A stretch of 64,000 nt of DNA from NCBI GenBank assembly GCA_963718515.1, contig OY970354.1, positions 46,363 to 110,362 of the forward strand. The letters run 5' to 3'. The position numbers and the translations under genes are program-made. Under the pieces are notes generated by a model. The model was not told the origin of the DNA and did not search any database. It saw only the letters and a program-made list of their open reading frames with translations. Shown one piece after another: positions 9,799 to 19,443 of the stretch; position 1 is the stretch's first letter, and each line of letters starts with the position of its first letter. The stretch is from an uncultured bacterium. GTDB taxonomy: Bacteria; Patescibacteriota; Minisyncoccia; UBA6257; 2-01-FULL-56-20.

Positions 9799-11010
9799 TT
9801 AATGGATGCTCTCCGTAAAGCTATAGAGTGGGATGAGAATTGAAGCAAAGAGAAGCCCAACCATAAGGCCGATGCTTATCATGAGGGCCGGCTGGATGAG
9901 TTCTACTAGATTGCCTGTGACCTCGTCCGCTTCGCGGGTATAAATGCCGGAAAGCCGCGTGAACATATCCTCGATCTTTCCTGTGGTCTCGCCCACCGCG
10001 ACCATCTGAGGGACCAGCTCCGGAAAATATTGCGGATATTTTGCGATGCTTTGCGAAAGGAGTGAACCCTGCCGCACATCTTCTGCAATGTCGTGGATCA
10101 CGTCCTTGTATACGGTATTGCCTACCATGTGTCCAATGATCTCAAGCGACTGCGCGATAGGAATACCGCCGTGCACGAGAAGCGCCGCCGAATTACCGAA
10201 GCGCGCCATGATCACCGGCAGATATACCTTTTTGAGGATGGGCAAGCGGACCTTCGCTTCATCAAGAATAGCCTTCCCCTCCTCCGTGCGCGCGTAATCG
10301 ACGATGACCGCACCGAGCGCCACGACCGCGATGATGACGGCGACCCACCATCGGCTCAAAAAGGTTCCTGTATTTAAGAGTATCTGCGTATACCACGGAA
10401 GCGAGACGCCGTTTTGCGCGAACACGCTCCCAAGCGACGGATATACAAACGTCAACAGGATGAATGCCACGACGACGAACAATCCGACGACGATGCCCGG
10501 ATAGACGAGCGCCGAGGCCGCCTTGCTCGCAAGGTCGCCTTCCTTTTCTGTATAATCCGCAAGAAACGACGATACCTCGTTCAAGTTGCCCGTCACCTCA
10601 GCGGCGCGCACCATCTCTATATAGTAGTCGGGAAAGACATTGTTCTGCCGTTCCATCGCTTGCGAAAACGAAATGCCCGCGTCGATATCTTCGGTTACCT
10701 GCGAGATAGCCTCTTTGAGCGTGGCATTGGCCGTCTGCTCATAGAGGATCTTGAGCGCGTTGTTGAGCGGAAGCCGCGCCTCAAGTAATGTGGCGAGTTG
10801 GCGGGAAAAAATAATGAGGTCTTTGCGCCGGACGCGAGCAAAAAAGCCGGAAATAGTATCGAGCGCGCCCGGCGGATTTGTGGCAACAAGGCTCAACACA
10901 AAAAGATCGTGGCCGGCGAGTATCGAGCTCGCCGAATCGCGATCCCCCGCCTCCACAAAACCTACCTGCGTTGTGCCATCTTTTGTTTTGGCTTGATATT
11001 TGAACTTCAT
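9799..11010 (-). CDS. pilC: type IV pilus platform protein (GspF/PilC family)
   Basis: 403 aa with the duplicated T2SS-F architecture and three TM segments. It lies directly downstream of pilT, with a 4-nt overlap. Confidence 0.85.
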   Translation of the reverse strand: MKFKYQAKTKDGTTQVGFVEAGDRDSASSILAGHDLFVLSLVATNPPGALDTISGFFARVRRKDLIIFSRQLATLLEARLPLNNALKILYEQTANATLKEAISQVTEDIDAGISFSQAMERQNNVFPDYYIEMVRAAEVTGNLNEVSSFLADYTEKEGDLASKAASALVYPGIVVGLFVVVAFILLTFVYPSLGSVFAQNGVSLPWYTQILLNTGTFLSRWWVAVIIAVVALGAVIVDYARTEEGKAILDEAKVRLPILKKVYLPVIMARFGNSAALLVHGGIPIAQSLEIIGHMVGNTVYKDVIHDIAEDVRQGSLLSQSIAKYPQYFPELVPQMVAVGETTGKIEDMFTRLSGIYTREADEVTGNLVELIQPALMISIGLMVGLLFASILIPLYSFTESIH

Positions 11011-12091
11011 TCGTTATGTCCGCTCCAATAATATGCGGAGTTCCGATGGATTGAGTGAGTCAACTCGGCGTTGTCGAGCGTCACTTCTTTATTTTTTACC
11101 AAGTTTGCAAGCGAACGGTTAAGGGTGACCATCCCCTCCTGGAGGCTGGTCTCGATGACGAGATCGATCTGATAGGTCTTCCGTTCACGGATGAGGTTGC
11201 GGATGGCCGGGTTCACGATCATGATCTCCATCGCGGGAATGCGCCCGCCCGAGATGCGCGGGAGCAAGCGCTGATGGAGATGATCGCGACGAGCGTCGCC
11301 GCGAGCTGTGACGTGATCTGACCCTGCTGATCGGCGGGGAATGAATCGATGATGCGATCGATCGTCTGCGAGGCGGAATTGGTATGCAGGGTGGAAAGCA
11401 CCAAGTGGCCGGTTTCGGAAGCCGTCATGGCCGTGCCGATCGAAACCGCGTCGCGCATCTCACCGATCATCACGACGTCCGGGTCTTGGCGAAGGACGGT
11501 GCGGAGTGCCGCGTGGAAGCTCGTGGCGTCGCTACCCACCTCGCGCTGCGAAACAATGCATTTGATCTTGGGTAAAAAGATATTCCACCGGATCCTCGAT
11601 CGTGATCACGTGGTCGGTGCGGGTGTGATTGATCTCATCCACCATTGCCGCGAGGGTTGAGGACTTTCCGTGCCCGGCGGGACCCACCACCAGACATAAA
11701 TCCCTGCGAGAGTTGGGTGAAGTCATGCAGTAAGCGGCGGCAGATTGAGTTCTTCTATTGTTTTGATCCGCGTGGGGATGAGGCGAAGCGCGGCGGCAAG
11801 ATATCCGCGCTGGAAATAGACGTTCACACGGAAGCGTGCCTTCTCTTCAAAGCTATAGGCAAAGTCTACCTGCCGCTGGGTGATGAGCTTGGCTTTCTGC
11901 TCCGGCGTAAGCATCTGCGACATGATACCCTCCGCCGACTCCGGCGTCATGATCGGTTCTTTTTGGAGTGGTACGAGCACGCCGTCAATGCGGAGCGTTG
12001 GGCGGCGTCCGACTGCAAGGTGAAGATCAGACGCGCTTTGCTTCGCCGTCGTCGTCAAAAGGTTATCGAGCTGCTGTTTGTAATCGTCCAT
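11007..12091 (-). pseudogene. pilT: twitching-motility ATPase PilT, frame-disrupted (pseudogene or assembly indels)
   Basis: The homology runs through ORF fragments 11723..12091, 11532..11726, 11219..11539 and 11007..11267. These include the Walker A GPAGHGKS and the HLVLSTLHT motif. Reading the DNA near 11690-11730 needs two separate 1-nt corrections, so at least four frame changes in total. Confidence 0.8.
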
Positions 12092-12104
12092 GAGGTTTAT
12101 TATA

Positions 12105-13823
12105 TCACGCCTCCTCTGTTTCTCTAATAATTTCTTCTATGGAGACGATGCCTTTGAGCGCTTTTACGATACCGTCCTGGCGAAGGGTTATCATTCCCTG
12201 TTTTTTTGCCTGCTCAGTGATCTTTTGCGTGGTGACGCCAGTGTTGATACTATTTTCCACTTCTTTGGTCACAAGAAACGCTTCATATATCCCGGTTCTT
12301 CCTAATACGCCACGCCCCTTACATGTGGCACATCCTTGCGAATGATAGATCTGATACGGCGCAGTGAACTCCGCTTTGACGTCCGGAGAAAGATCTTCCA
12401 GAGCGGTTGCTGATCACTTTCTGTACCTCCGGCGACGCCGCTTCCGCAGATTTACAATCTGGACACAGGACGCCGACAAGACGCTGGGCGATCACCAGGT
12501 TAAGCGAGACAGGAAGGAGAAATGGCTCTACCTTAAGATCGATAAGACGTGGGATGACGCCGGCGGCGTTGTTCGTGTGGAGCGTGGAAAGCACGACGTG
12601 CCCCGTGAGCGCCGCCTGCACCGCAAGCCCGGCGGTCTCGCCGTCGCGGATCTCGCCGACCATGATCACGTCCGGATCCTGCCGCAATATCTGGCGCAAT
12701 CCCGACGCGAAGTCGTAGCCGATCTCCGGCCGCACTTGGGATTGGTTGATGCCTGAAACAAAATATTCCACCGGGTCTTCAAGGCTCACGATGTTCACGT
12801 CTTCCGTATTGAGCGTCTGGAGGAATGCGTACAGCGTTGTCGTTTTTCCGGAACCGGTGGGGCCGGTGATGAGCACCATGCCGAACGGCTTTGCAAGGCC
12901 TTTCTTGATGGTCTCGCGTGTGCGGTCGAGCAGGTCAACTTATCAAAACTTTTTAAACCGGTCGAAGGATCGAGCACGCGGATGACGATCTTCTCGCCGA
13001 GCGGCGTAGGGAATGTGGCGACACGAAAATCGATGTCACGGTCGAATAATTTTGCGCGGAAGCGGCCGTCCTGCGGCACGCGGTTCTCGTCGATTTTAAG
13101 GCTCGCGACCACTTTTATGCGCGAAGCGATCGGTTGCGCAAGCTCCGCAGGAAGGGATGCCACTTGATGCAGATCGCCGTCAATGCGCAAGCGGATGCGC
13201 AATGATTTTTGCTGGGGCTCAATGTGCACATCGGATGCTTTATTGAGCACCGCCTCTTTGAATGTATCAGCGACGATCTTGATGATCGGCGCATCCTCGC
13301 TCGCGCCTCCCTCGAGCTCGATCGCCTGCTGGCCACCCGTGCCTTCTTTTATATTAAGCGACTGCACCGCCTGCTCGATCTGCGCGCGGAACGGCGAATA
13401 TTTTCTGAGCACTGCCTGGAGGTCATTATATGAAATGAGATAGACGCCGAGATTGATGTGATTCTGCCGTGCGATGAACTTCATCGCTTCCTGCGCCTTC
13501 TCGTCATCCGGATGAAACATGCCGATCACGAGCAGATTATCCTGCAAGCTGATGGGGATCGCCTGATAAATGCGCGCGGTCTCTTCCGGCACGATCCCCA
13601 TCAACTTGGCATCGATCGTCTCGGGATCTATTTTTTTATAGGGGACCTTGAGCAGTTCGCTCTTAAGCTCCGCCATTTTTTCATCAGGAACGATGCGTTC
13701 GCGCCCGATGATGTCTTCGGCGGATTCGTTGTTCACGACCGCATCGCGCTTGAGCCGTGCCACGATCACATCGGTGATCAATCCCCGGCTTCGCAGTTGT
13801 TGGAGAAGTTCATCGCTCGTCAT
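12105..13823 (-). pseudogene. pilB: type IV pilus assembly ATPase PilB (GspE family), frame-disrupted
   Basis: Fragments are 12795..13823 and 12319..12879, plus a third frame that carries ALEDLSPDVKAEFTAPYQIYHSQGCATCKGRGVLGRTGIYEAF to a TGA at 12107-12105. The frame changes lie near 12940 and 12405. Walker A is GPTGSGKTT. Confidence 0.8.
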
Positions 13824-13846
13824 ACTTTCATTCTACCACGACGAAC

Positions 13847-13911
13847 AAAAAGAGGCGGTCATTATTACCTCCCCGCAGATGATAGTTCGGTAATGATGAC
13901 CGCCTCTTTTT
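13847..13911. terminator. long bidirectional hairpin, loop family A
   Basis: 23-bp stem AAAAAGAGGCGGTCATTATTACC / GGTAATGATGACCGCCTCTTTTT with one G-T pair. The 19-nt loop is TCCCCGCAGATGATAGTTC (13870-13888). An A-run precedes it and a T-run follows. Confidence 0.7.
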
Positions 13912-13931
13912 ACGTTATGACTTTTTCAAAC

Positions 13932-14231
13932 CTAAGGAGCTATGAACGGATTCGTACGTCCCACTGCGGCGGGGCCCTGCGGCGACGGCAAGGCAATAGT
14001 AGAGTGCAATGTCTGGAAGATCGATCCCTGCACGATGCTCTGCGGATTCAGCGAAAGCTGGGTGATCGGGGCTATGTTGCTCAATGTTCCCGTCTCGGGG
14101 ATCACGACCAGCTCGGGCTGTGCAAAAAAGATATAATAGACCGCGCCCGCCACGAGCGCGAGAAATACAAGCCATGCACCGATGGCGAAAATATCTGTCC
14201 TTTTCTTTCCTTCTTCTATGACGATTGCCAT
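13932..14231 (-). CDS. small membrane protein of the pilus operon
   Basis: 99-aa ORF with one TM helix (IFAIGAWLVFLALVAGAVYYIFF). It lies between the pilO-like gene and pilB. Confidence 0.55.
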   Translation of the reverse strand: MAIVIEEGKKRTDIFAIGAWLVFLALVAGAVYYIFFAQPELVVIPETGTLSNIAPITQLSLNPQSIVQGSIFQTLHSTIALPSPQGPAAVGRTNPFIAP

Positions 14232-14250
14232 AATGGTATATCTATTTTAT

Positions 14251-14883
14251 TTATGAAGCTTGATAATACGTTACGATCGTCATGCTGTAGCTGAACATAT
14301 CTTGGTTGGCAGCCTGGGTCTTTGTAGCGCTTACTGTTCCCGGCATGAGCGATATGGCGGTCACATTAAAAAGTCTGATATTCGTCTCCAGCCCTTGAAG
14401 GAAGGCTTTGAAGGATTCATAACTGCCGGTACCGTTGATCGTGAATGAGATGGTGCCGGTCGGTTTTACGATCGAACCGTTCGCGGCGGCAGTGGCAACG
14501 GATCCACTCGCAACGGATCCGGACGTTACGGGTGATTGTACCGCTTGGATCGAAACCCCCGCGCTCTGAATAGTGACGTCGGAATTTACCGCGATGCCAT
14601 AGATCTGCGCGAGCGCACCCGACACGTCCTCGCCGACCGGCAACGCGAGTTGCACCAGTTGGCTCGACGACGAATTATTTTGATAGGTGGTGAGCAGACT
14701 CTGGATCTGCGTCACGATCTGCTGTTCGTTGCTCAACACCGTCAATTCCCCGCTTTCCTGTCCTTTGAGGTCTTGAAGGTTCGCATAGGCGGGCACGATG
14801 AGCTCAAAGTACACCACGATCGCCGCCGCTATGATGAGTGCCGCTATGATGATGCTCGAAAAGCGTTTTGTATCCTGTTTCAT
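14251..14883 (-). CDS. PilO-like pilus assembly protein
   Basis: ORF trimmed to the ATG at 14883, which forms an ATGA overlap with the upstream stop. It has an N-terminal TM followed by a coiled segment, and sits after the pilM and pilN-like genes. Confidence 0.55.
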   Translation of the reverse strand: MKQDTKRFSSIIIAALIIAAAIVVYFELIVPAYANLQDLKGQESGELTVLSNEQQIVTQIQSLLTTYQNNSSSSQLVQLALPVGEDVSGALAQIYGIAVNSDVTIQSAGVSIQAVQSPVTSGSVASGSVATAAANGSIVKPTGTISFTINGTGSYESFKAFLQGLETNIRLFNVTAISLMPGTVSATKTQAANQDMFSYSMTIVTYYQAS

Positions 14884-15449
14884 GATGTTGGGACGGATGG
14901 CAAGAAGAGCGACGGGCTCATCATAAGATCGACGTTGAAGGTCCAATTCCCTCCCGGCGCCTGCGGCGCGCTCACGCTCGAGACCGTCATCGATGATATT
15001 TCGGAGGTATTGTTTTCAAATACGGCTATCTGCTCATTTACATCAGCCTCCGATGGCGCCACGCCGATCAGCGTGACCTCGGTCCCCTGAGTGAGGGAGA
15101 ATGATTGAAAATATACATTCGCTTCGGTGTTCTGCTCCAGCCATGTGAAGAATTGCGAAGACAAAACGTGATTCCGTAACAACGTCTGGAGATTCGACAG
15201 CTGGGAATAGAAGTTGATCAAGTGGGTCTGGTCGCTCGGGGAGACCTGGTTACCCAACGCGCTTATCTTGCGTTGCGTTGCGGTGAGTTGGGACTGCAGA
15301 TACGGCGCGTAACCAAAGTTAAGCCCGACATAGATGACGATCGCGAGAAAAAGCACTCCGCCGGAAAAAAATAACGCGCCAAGCGCCCATCCGGGAGTTT
15401 TTGGAGGTTCCTTCCCAAGCTGTTCAATTACTTTATCGGGAAGAGGCAT
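14880..15449 (-). CDS. PilN-like pilus assembly protein
   Basis: 189 aa with a short cytoplasmic N-terminus, one TM (WALGALFFSGGVLFLAIVIYVGL) and a coiled region. It lies immediately after pilM. Confidence 0.55.
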   Translation of the reverse strand: MPLPDKVIEQLGKEPPKTPGWALGALFFSGGVLFLAIVIYVGLNFGYAPYLQSQLTATQRKISALGNQVSPSDQTHLINFYSQLSNLQTLLRNHVLSSQFFTWLEQNTEANVYFQSFSLTQGTEVTLIGVAPSEADVNEQIAVFENNTSEISSMTVSSVSAPQAPGGNWTFNVDLMMSPSLFLPSVPTS

Positions 15450-15456
15450 CTGATTT

Positions 15457-16536
15457 TTATTTGATGAATTCTTTCATACCGAGCCCGAGTGCGACGGTCA
15501 ATCGTGGGTTCAGATCCGGGATGAATGGGGTGATGTCCTGAGGGTATTCAAACCGGGAGAATGGCGCCGTCTTTACGACGGGGACAGAGAACTCTCGTTC
15601 GAAATATTTTTCTATTCCGATGAGGTTGGCGCCGCCGCCAGCAAGCACGACCCGCTCCGCCTTCGATGCAGCCGGGAATTGCTGTTGGTAATTATAGGTA
15701 GCCTTCTTAACATCATTCATTATAGCATCTAAAAACGGCATCATTATTGTGGATAACTCGTAATTCGGGCCGGTTCCCGAAATGCCCCGCTCTTTCTTGA
15801 GCTCTTCCGCGCGCATCGGATTGATCCCGAGGCTCGACGTGAGCGCCTGAGTGAGTGATGCGGACGCGAGATCGCTTTGCACGCTCCACGCGAGCGCGCC
15901 TTTTTCCATGAAAATAGTATTGGTGGAATGGCTCCCGATGTCCACGATGATCGTCGCTGTAGGATCGCCGGAAAATATCCGCGCGACGCTCAACGACTCG
16001 ATCTCAAGCGCGTGCAGGCGCAGGCCCGCGGACTGGAACATGTGCTGATATTTTTTTATCTGCTCCTGAGGAACGGAGATCAATAATATTTTCTGGTGGC
16101 CGAATCCTTTTTCATCCTGGTAGTCCCCTATCTTCATCCAATCGAGTGCGACTTCGGAAAGTGGCAGGGGCACGTACTGCTTTGCCTGGAATAAAAGCGC
16201 CTTCTCCAGATCCTTCGCGTCCATCGCAGGAAAATCCACCATCGTCATAAACACTTCAAAAGGAGGCAGAGACGCGATGACGTCCTTGGTGGACGTACCC
16301 AATTCTTTGACGAGCGCCTTCAGCAACGCAACCACGTCCGCCTCAAAAATCTTCAACCCGCTTGTCTGCAAGGCCTGGTTTGCCCGGGCGAGATACCCGC
16401 TCGATTCCAGGATGCCATAATTCGTGATCCGGGGCATTTTCTTTCCCGCCTTTACCTCGACCATCTTAATGGAGGTTGTTCCAATATCCACGCCAAGATA
16501 GGCGTCCTTTTGAAAAAAATTAAGAAAATTTGCCAT
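15457..16536 (-). CDS. pilM: type IV pilus assembly ATPase-fold protein PilM
   Basis: It has an actin-like fold signature YLGVDIGTTSIKMVEV and a later IVDIGSHSTN. The ATG at 16536 is preferred over the GTG at 16542. Confidence 0.8.
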   Translation of the reverse strand: MANFLNFFQKDAYLGVDIGTTSIKMVEVKAGKKMPRITNYGILESSGYLARANQALQTSGLKIFEADVVALLKALVKELGTSTKDVIASLPPFEVFMTMVDFPAMDAKDLEKALLFQAKQYVPLPLSEVALDWMKIGDYQDEKGFGHQKILLISVPQEQIKKYQHMFQSAGLRLHALEIESLSVARIFSGDPTATIIVDIGSHSTNTIFMEKGALAWSVQSDLASASLTQALTSSLGINPMRAEELKKERGISGTGPNYELSTIMMPFLDAIMNDVKKATYNYQQQFPAASKAERVVLAGGGANLIGIEKYFEREFSVPVVKTAPFSRFEYPQDITPFIPDLNPRLTVALGLGMKEFIK

Positions 16537-16556
16537 GCGCACTTAAGCGTTTTTTA

Positions 16557-17276
16557 ATGGATGATCCACTATCCTATAATACCATGAACTTCGGCGTGAT
16601 CGGAGACATTTTCTTTCCTCCCGCGTGCGTGGCCTGCGGCGACCACATTGCGGACGGCGTCCTCTGCGAACCATGCAGGGGCGGGATTGAAATATATAAA
16701 ACGTTATTTTGTGGCACGTGCGCGGCGCGGCTGCCGGAGCAGAAGAAGATCTGCCACGCGGCTGCCCCGTATATCTTGGGCGCGGCGGGAAGCTATGATG
16801 ACGAAGCGCTCCGGGCGCTCATTCACGCGCTCAAATTCCAGGGAATCGTGGCGGCAGCCGCGCCGCTCGGAGATATTCTCGCCACATATATTGCGACGCT
16901 TAAGCTCCCGCTCGACCAATTCATTGCAACACCGCTCCCGCTCTCCGCGAAGCGGCTCCGCGCGCGAGGGTTCAATCAATCGTCGCTCATCGCGCGCCGC
17001 TTCGCGGAAGCGGTCGGAATGCCTTTCGAAGAACGCATGCTCAAACGGATCCATCATCGCAGACCGCAGAGCGAAACAGAAGATATCTTCGAGCGACGGG
17101 AAAATGTGCGTGGATGCTTTGCGCTTGATGATGCGAGTGGCATTGCCGTCGCCAATAAAAAAATATTTCTTATTGACGACGTAACGACGTCCGGGACCAC
17201 GTTCAACGAGGCCGCACGCATTCTCAAATCCAATGGCGCAAAAAAGATCATCGCCGTCGCCGTCGCACGAGCGTGA
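16557..17276 (+). CDS. comF: ComF family protein (phosphoribosyltransferase-like competence protein)
   Basis: It has N-terminal Cys clusters (CVACG...CEPCRGG...CGTC) and a C-terminal PRT motif IFLIDDVTTSGTT. It is divergent from pilM. The start could instead be 16530 or 16584. Confidence 0.75.
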   Translation: MDDPLSYNTMNFGVIGDIFFPPACVACGDHIADGVLCEPCRGGIEIYKTLFCGTCAARLPEQKKICHAAAPYILGAAGSYDDEALRALIHALKFQGIVAAAAPLGDILATYIATLKLPLDQFIATPLPLSAKRLRARGFNQSSLIARRFAEAVGMPFEERMLKRIHHRRPQSETEDIFERRENVRGCFALDDASGIAVANKKIFLIDDVTTSGTTFNEAARILKSNGAKKIIAVAVARA

Positions 17277-17279
17277 ATG

Positions 17280-18062
17280 CTACTGCGGAAGAATAGTATT
17301 GATAATCGTGCTGATCGTAGAAAAATTCTGATATGTGCTCGAAAGCGACGCGAGCGATTGCTGGATGAGTAAAAGCGACTGATCCGGGGAAAGCCCTTCC
17401 GCAAGTGCGGACTTGGCCGCCATATTTTGATCCTCCGCATCGCTCAGGGATGATTGTGCGGCGTCGAATGCGGCCTGCAGATCGGCATTTGTGGAAACGC
17501 CCTCAAGGAACGAGACCGCCCGCTGGGTTTGGGTCATCCTTGCTTCGGCCGTATCAAAAAGAGTTTGGTTCTGCGACCACAATATATAATTGTTGATGTT
17601 CTCGGCGAGCGGAGCGAATGTGCTCTCACGCCAATCGAAGACCTCCGTCGCGATCGCCTCGGTTCCCGCGATGCCGGCGCCGTTCAATTTGGCGAGCTCA
17701 ATAGTGTAAAAGTCGGATGCACCGGTAAGGCTTCCCGAAAGTTCCGGTTGTAAAGATCGGGAATCGGTGCTCGTGGGCACGGCCTGCAAATTTGCCTGGA
17801 GCGTTTGCACCTCCTGCTCTGCGCATTCGATCGTCTGGCCAACCAATTGTTTGCGCAAGGCGAGTTCCTGTATCAATTCCTCCGCGCTGGTCAACGTCGG
17901 ATCATTTTGTATCGCCGCGATCCGATCGATCTGCGCAGTGGTCACGCCACAATCATCGGCATGCGCGGCATTGATCCGAAATCCTCCAAAACCAAAAACT
18001 CCCGCCGTCAAAAGCAGGACAAAAAATGCGCTAAAGATAAAAACTTTTTGATATTTCATCAC
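17280..18062 (-). CDS. secreted alpha-helical hypothetical protein
   Basis: 260 aa with a signal-like N-terminus MMKYQKVFIFSAFFVLLLTAGVFG. It lies downstream of the sigma/anti-sigma pair. Confidence 0.55.
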   Translation of the reverse strand: MMKYQKVFIFSAFFVLLLTAGVFGFGGFRINAAHADDCGVTTAQIDRIAAIQNDPTLTSAEELIQELALRKQLVGQTIECAEQEVQTLQANLQAVPTSTDSRSLQPELSGSLTGASDFYTIELAKLNGAGIAGTEAIATEVFDWRESTFAPLAENINNYILWSQNQTLFDTAEARMTQTQRAVSFLEGVSTNADLQAAFDAAQSSLSDAEDQNMAAKSALAEGLSPDQSLLLIQQSLASLSSTYQNFSTISTIINTILPQ

Positions 18063-18067
18063 TATCG

Positions 18068-18568
18068 TTAGTGCGATAATTTCTGCAAGGCCTGGTCGAT
18101 AGAAATGCTCGACGATGCGGTGGAGGTCGCGGTCGCGGCGGTGGAACTGGAAGTTGACGTCGCCTGCGAGGCGACCGCTTTTGAAAATGCCGCCTTCAAT
18201 GCATCCGGCGTGGGGACCGCCGCCGCAGATTCTAGCGTGGAGGTCACTTGAGGATAGTTAACGTCGGCGAGCTGGATCTGCATGCTGATCGCCTGCGCTT
18301 CGGCATGCAAGCCCGCCGGATCGATCACCGCATACTGGATGGGCGCGATCGGACGCGTGGCGGGGAAACTGCCCGTTACTACGAGTATGAAAAATCCGGC
18401 GAGCGTGATCGCCGCTCCCGTTTCAACGACACGCAGGAATATGAAGACGCCGCTCATGGTCTTTTTTGCATGCTGCGGTGAAAGTAAAATCTGCGTACGC
18501 GAGCGTTGTGCAACGCCAGCGTCGGGTTCGATATTTTTGAATTGTTTGAGAGTATCAAATAATTTCAT
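18068..18568 (-). CDS. putative anti-sigma factor (single-pass membrane protein)
   Basis: 166 aa with a central TM (AAITLAGFFILVVTG). It overlaps the 3' end of the sigma-factor gene by 14 nt. Confidence 0.45.
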   Translation of the reverse strand: MKLFDTLKQFKNIEPDAGVAQRSRTQILLSPQHAKKTMSGVFIFLRVVETGAAITLAGFFILVVTGSFPATRPIAPIQYAVIDPAGLHAEAQAISMQIQLADVNYPQVTSTLESAAAVPTPDALKAAFSKAVASQATSTSSSTAATATSTASSSISIDQALQKLSH

Positions 18569-19116
18569 CGTCGTTGTCGTTATCCCCCAACTTCTTCTTT
18601 AACTCTTTTATCGCGCGATGCTGGATAAGCTTGATGGCTCCTTCACTTTTTTTGAGCACCGCCGCCGTTTCTTTGAGCGGCAGATCTTCCACGAATCGCA
18701 TGATGATCACATCCTGATGATCGGGCTTGAGCTCTTTGATGGCCCGGTGGACACTTCTCGAGCTGCAACTTTTCCGCAATATCGAACTGCGTGACGGCGG
18801 GAATTATAGAGGACTCCGGATCGATCTTGTCCAAACTGATATCGTTCTTTTTTGAGCGATAATGATCGATCACCAGGTTCCGTGCAATTTGATAGAGCCA
18901 ACTCGAGAACGGATGTCCGCGATGCTTGTAGGTCCGTATCTTGGTCCATGCGGACAAAAATACGTGATGGGTAATATCCTCGGCTTCCTCACGGCTCGAG
19001 ACTTTGATCGCTATAAAACGGTATATAGCCGGATGATAATGGTCATAGAGAGAGCCAAAAGCCGAGGAATTGCCCCCGACGGCCTGTTCTACCAATTGTT
19101 CCTCACCGTCTATCAT
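18555..19116 (-). pseudogene. ECF-type sigma-70 family factor, one frame change
   Basis: Region 2 lies in ORF 18643..19170 (start taken at the ATG at 19116; motif FSSWLYQIARNLVIDHYR). Region 4 lies in ORF 18555..18779 (DVIIMRFVEDLPLKETAAVLKKSEGAIKLIQHRAIKELKKKL). The junction is near 18770. Confidence 0.7.
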
Positions 19117-19178
19117 GTAAAACGTAGAATATGTGGATAAGTTACTGATGCGTGAGCCTTCGCCAAGCATTCCCTAGC

Positions 19179-19205
19179 AAAAATGCCCTACGCAACATAG
19201 GGCAT
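19179..19205 (-). terminator. intrinsic terminator after the 19245..19436 gene
   Basis: Minus sense reads ATGCCCTA-tgttgcg-TAGGGCAT followed by TTTTT. Confidence 0.6.
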
Positions 19206-19244
19206 CTTCTAATACGTTTATAATACCGCTTTTGGGTCGAGGGG

Positions 19245-19436
19245 TCAAAATGAATCGGCGTCCATGAGGTTAGCTTCACGTTCTTTTTTCTCCTCTTCTA
19301 AAAGCGCCAATAATCTTTCCAGATATCGGGTGGCATCTTCCTTTGTCTGTCCATCAGAGATCTCTTTGATGGCCTCCCTTAATTCATCTTCGCCAAGAGG
19401 CTCAACACCCCCCGATTCGAATTTATTTGGTCTCAT
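19245..19436 (-). CDS. small acidic hypothetical protein
   Basis: 63-aa ORF directly downstream of dcd, with its own terminator. Confidence 0.4.
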   Translation of the reverse strand: MRPNKFESGGVEPLGEDELREAIKEISDGQTKEDATRYLERLLALLEEEKKEREANLMDADSF

Positions 19437-19443
19437 CGGACGT

